DNA of 10,831 nucleotides from Methanobacteriaceae archaeon (lineage in GTDB: Archaea; Methanobacteriota; Methanobacteria; Methanobacteriales; Methanobacteriaceae), in assembly GCA_003558085.1 (NCBI GenBank), contig PWMT01000119.1, positions 1-10,831 on the forward strand, given 5' to 3'. Each line of letters begins with the position of its first letter. Within the stretch, counting starts at the first letter, position 1. Below, one piece after another: positions 8,287 through 10,831 of this stretch. The position numbers and the translations under genes are program-made. A model generated the notes under the pieces. The model was not told the origin of the DNA. It was given only the letters and a program-made list of their open reading frames with translations, and made no database searches.

Positions 8287-8576
8287 ATGATTAGGCCATT
8301 TATAAGAAGAGAGCCTATTCCAACAGTGTAAATGAGAAATGGGAGGAAATAACGTGATAAAATAGGCCAGAAAAGTGCATTTATTATTCCTAAGATTCCA
8401 ACCACTATCAACCCGGTCGCCCAGTTATTAATAGTAAGACCCACACCAATATCAGCGATAATAATAAAACCTATTACTTGCCCTATCCAAATGATAAAAG
8501 TACGTAAAATGAATTTAATTACACGAGGTTTGGCTTTTTTATTAACTGAAGTATCTTCACTCTCCTTAGCTTTCAT
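8280..8576 (-). CDS. Holin-like membrane domain (4-TM phage-holin superfamily IV-like); proximal part of the split fusion gene
   Basis: Three hydrophobic helices with LGIINALFWPIL-x(4)-LPF-x(3)-T-x-G-x(3)-LLING, typical of this family. Ends abruptly at IIC*. One added G gives ATA TGG TTA ATG (IWLMSNF), in frame with the downstream ORF. ATG 8576 is preferred because GGAG lies 7 nt upstream; 8582 is an alternative. Confidence 0.75.
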   Translation of the reverse strand: MKAKESEDTSVNKKAKPRVIKFILRTFIIWIGQVIGFIIIADIGVGLTINNWATGLIVVGILGIINALFWPILSRYFLPFLIYTVGIGSLLINGLIIC

Positions 8577-9423
8577 CTTCATACTCCGCACTTTTAAGTT
8601 TAATGATAGTTATTTCAGGAGGGCAGTTAATTCTAAACCAAAAAACATTAGTTCCTAATCCACGGCTCGTGTATTGGATCATATCCCCTACTTTATATTT
8701 TCCTAAGGGATATTTTTTAAAATAAGGTCCTTTTATTATAGTATTATTCCAAAATGGAATTATAAACTGTCCTCCATGGGAATGGCCAGATAATTGAAGA
8801 CTAAATCTACCGGTAGATGAACTTATATCGGCAAAATCAGGTTCATGTACTATTAAAATAGCTGGTCCTTCCACTGGAATTTTATTTATAACATTATCCA
8901 ATTGATCTTTATTTAACATTACACTGTCTAGACCAACTACATGTAGGCAGGTATTTTCTCGATGGATGGTGTATACTTCGTTACTTATATCAATTACACC
9001 ACTGTTTTTTAGAATGCTCCGCATTTTTTTAGCACCTAACCAGTGGTCATGATTACCTAAAACTGCTAGTGAAGCATCTAATGGATTCAAATTTTTTAAA
9101 CAATTTGTTAAATCTGCTTCGTACTGATCTATTAAATAAGAAACATAATCGCCAGTAAGTGCAATCAAATCTGGTTTTTCCTGATTTACTAGTTCTATTA
9201 TTCCTTTAAGATGATTAGGGGTTATCCACTGACCTAAATGAATATCAGTTAACTGTATTATGGTGTAATCATGGAAAATAGGATCTAATGATTTTAAACA
9301 TACTTGTAAATGTTTAAGTTCAAATTTATGAGCTGTAAATTTATTTAAACCTAATTTATTTCGATATAAAGTCATGAAATGTTGTAATTGTTGTCTTAAA
9401 ACCATTGCTTTTGGGGTTTTCAT
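8566..9423 (-). CDS. Calcineurin-like metallophosphoesterase (YkuE/YaeI-like)
   Basis: All five MPP motifs: TDIHLG, TGDYV, LGNHDH, VHEPD and GHSHGGQ, plus SRGLG...RINCPPEI. Its stop overlaps the start of the holin-like ORF. Confidence 0.9.
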   Translation of the reverse strand: MKTPKAMVLRQQLQHFMTLYRNKLGLNKFTAHKFELKHLQVCLKSLDPIFHDYTIIQLTDIHLGQWITPNHLKGIIELVNQEKPDLIALTGDYVSYLIDQYEADLTNCLKNLNPLDASLAVLGNHDHWLGAKKMRSILKNSGVIDISNEVYTIHRENTCLHVVGLDSVMLNKDQLDNVINKIPVEGPAILIVHEPDFADISSSTGRFSLQLSGHSHGGQFIIPFWNNTIIKGPYFKKYPLGKYKVGDMIQYTSRGLGTNVFWFRINCPPEITIIKLKSAEYEDES

Positions 9424-9536
9424 ACTTAAAAATTCTCTGCTTTTTGTTATTAACTATATTTTTAATTCAATCTTTAATTTAATATCGCCTTTTAATTAAT
9501 TTCTACTAAAAACTTGCCTAATATCCAATTACTAGT

Positions 9537-10295
9537 TTAACATTTATTTATATTTAAAAAAATCACGTCAATAATTTTAAAAGGTTTAATTATTAGACAA
9601 TTAACTTTTAAGCGGGTTTTGAATACAATAGGTTTTATAATAACTCCCTTTTTACAAGCATCTATCAAGGTTTGAGAAAATTCAGGATCGGTTTTAAAAT
9701 TAGGAGAAAATATTTCAGCATCTTCTACCATGATTAAAAATATCACTGCCGAGGCAAAACCCTGCTCTATTCCAGTGATTAATTCCTGCAAGTGCTTTTT
9801 TCCTCTAACGGTAGGCGCATCAGGGAAGATTGCTTTTTTATTTTCTGCTAGAGTACATCCTTTAACTTCTAGTAACATCTTTTCTGGATATAATCTCTGC
9901 TTAGCATAAGCACTGGAATCATTTTCTTTAAGTTCTAATAAAAAGTCTAAACGACTTTTACCAAACCCATATTCTTTTTTTTTAATCTGATAGGGGCTTA
10001 TTTCTGGTATAAAATTAGATTTTATTAGATCAGCAGCCAGTTGACTATGATAACCAGAATTTATTAAAACCCATTTTTTATCTTTGCAAACAGCAACTAC
10101 ATCATATTTAGTTTTTCTATTAGAGTTTTCAGGTGCTTTTTTAACTAAAAGATCTACTTCAGGGATTAGTAGTTCTTTCAATCTGCCTGGATCTTTCAAA
10201 TGAGCTGAAATTTCTTTACCATGGTAACTGAATATTACAGTGAAACGATTAGGTCGATCCACAAATTTTACTAAAAGCAAGTCTTTTATTTTCAT
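9537..10295 (-). CDS. sfsA: DNA/RNA nuclease SfsA (sugar fermentation stimulation protein homolog)
   Basis: RPNRF, HLKDPGRLKELL, RKTKYD, SRLDF, EVKGCTL, FPDAPTVRGKKHLQEL and DPEF. Confidence 0.93.
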   Translation of the reverse strand: MKIKDLLLVKFVDRPNRFTVIFSYHGKEISAHLKDPGRLKELLIPEVDLLVKKAPENSNRKTKYDVVAVCKDKKWVLINSGYHSQLAADLIKSNFIPEISPYQIKKKEYGFGKSRLDFLLELKENDSSAYAKQRLYPEKMLLEVKGCTLAENKKAIFPDAPTVRGKKHLQELITGIEQGFASAVIFLIMVEDAEIFSPNFKTDPEFSQTLIDACKKGVIIKPIVFKTRLKVNCLIIKPFKIIDVIFLNINKC

Positions 10296-10590
10296 CTAAA
10301 ATTCTCTTGTAAATTTATAGCTAGTAATTAATTAACCTTCATATTTTATAATGTTTAGATAAAGCTCCTAATATCAAATAAAATTAAAATCCTTATAATT
10401 TTTAAGGCATGTTTAATTTAAAGCTTATTTAATTAATCAATGCACATATAAAGGCATATTATTAAGTCCATCATCTAAATTTTAATAATCTTGATATGAA
10501 TTTTTATTCAAAAGAAAATAATCATTTTTTTTAAGGGATTAATCTTATTCTTTATATGCTATAAATGTGAATAGGATTATAAGTTTTAAG

Positions 10591-10697
10591 GTAAACCTTG
10601 ATTTAGTATAGATTAAAAAAAAATTGTTAATTAATAATATTATTAAGTAAACCTTGATTTAGTATAGATTTAAAAATTGTTAATAATAATATAATAT
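10591..10697. repeat. Imperfect tandem duplication, period 56 bp, with an exact 24-bp core GTAAACCTTGATTTAGTATAGATT
   Basis: Core copies at 10591-10614 and 10647-10670. Each is followed by an A-run, TTGTTAA and (T)TAATAATAT. Confidence 0.9.
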
Positions 10698-10710
10698 TTA
10701 TGCATATTAT

Positions 10711-10716
10711 GAGGTG
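10711..10716 (+). promoter_or_regulatory. Ribosome-binding site of cfbD
   Basis: GAGGTG 5 nt upstream of the TTG at 10722; canonical methanogen Shine-Dalgarno sequence. Confidence 0.75.
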
Positions 10717-10721
10717 AGTTA

Positions 10722-10831
10722 TTGCATCCAAGACCAATTCCTATAGCTGCTGCTCTATATACTCTTAGAGATATGAACGCTGATGTTATTATTTTACATG
10801 GTCCACATGGCTGCTGTTTTCGTACAGGAAG
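10722..10831 (+). CDS. cfbD: Ni-sirohydrochlorin a,c-diamide reductive cyclase catalytic subunit (coenzyme F430 biosynthesis, NflD), 5' partial
   Basis: Not in the ORF track. From TTG 10722 it reads [36 protein letters not shown], the signature HPRP...LRD...HGP-x-GC N-terminus of CfbD/NflD. Confidence 0.9.
   Translation, partial: MHPRPIPIAAALYTLRDMNADVIILHGPHGCCFRTG

Noticed and set aside
8280..8591. Holin-like ORF as evidence of a provirus
   Set aside because: No integrase, structural or endolysin genes nearby, and the domain is the N-terminus of a cellular fusion protein.
10591..10670. 24-bp repeat with 32-bp gap as a mini CRISPR array
   Set aside because: Only two copies, the sequences after each copy are near-identical rather than unique spacers, and no cas genes are present; it is a tandem duplication.
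10722..10831. NifD-like sequence as nitrogen fixation
   Set aside because: The HPRP...HGPxGCC N-terminus is that of CfbD/NflD (F430 synthesis), not nitrogenase.

Overview
AT-rich window from a methanogenic archaeon, most likely Methanobacteriales (Methanobacterium-like). This is inferred from the cfbD/nflD N-terminus, an archaeal-type YchF GTPase, GAGGTG/GGAG ribosome-binding sites and a cbiE...GTPase...sfsA-cfbD gene order. Conserved backbone: 3' end of a cupin gene, cbiE, ychF, a metallophosphoesterase, sfsA and the start of cfbD. Embedded in it are (i) a bacterial-type meso-diaminopimelate dehydrogenase (ddh) between cbiE and ychF and (ii) a decaying accessory patch at about 3.5-6.0 kb. 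The patch holds an unannotated IS5-like remnant, an AlkC-type DNA glycosylase broken by two homopolymer frameshifts, a truncated alpha/beta-hydrolase and an intact orphan Nmad3-like nucleotide-modification gene. A holin-like membrane domain/alkaline-phosphatase-superfamily fusion is split by a 1-nt deletion that leaves a TAATG stop-start overlap, and it overlaps the metallophosphoesterase gene. A ~56-bp tandem duplication lies just upstream of cfbD. No rRNA, tRNA or CRISPR array was seen. All family calls come from motif recognition, not database searches.
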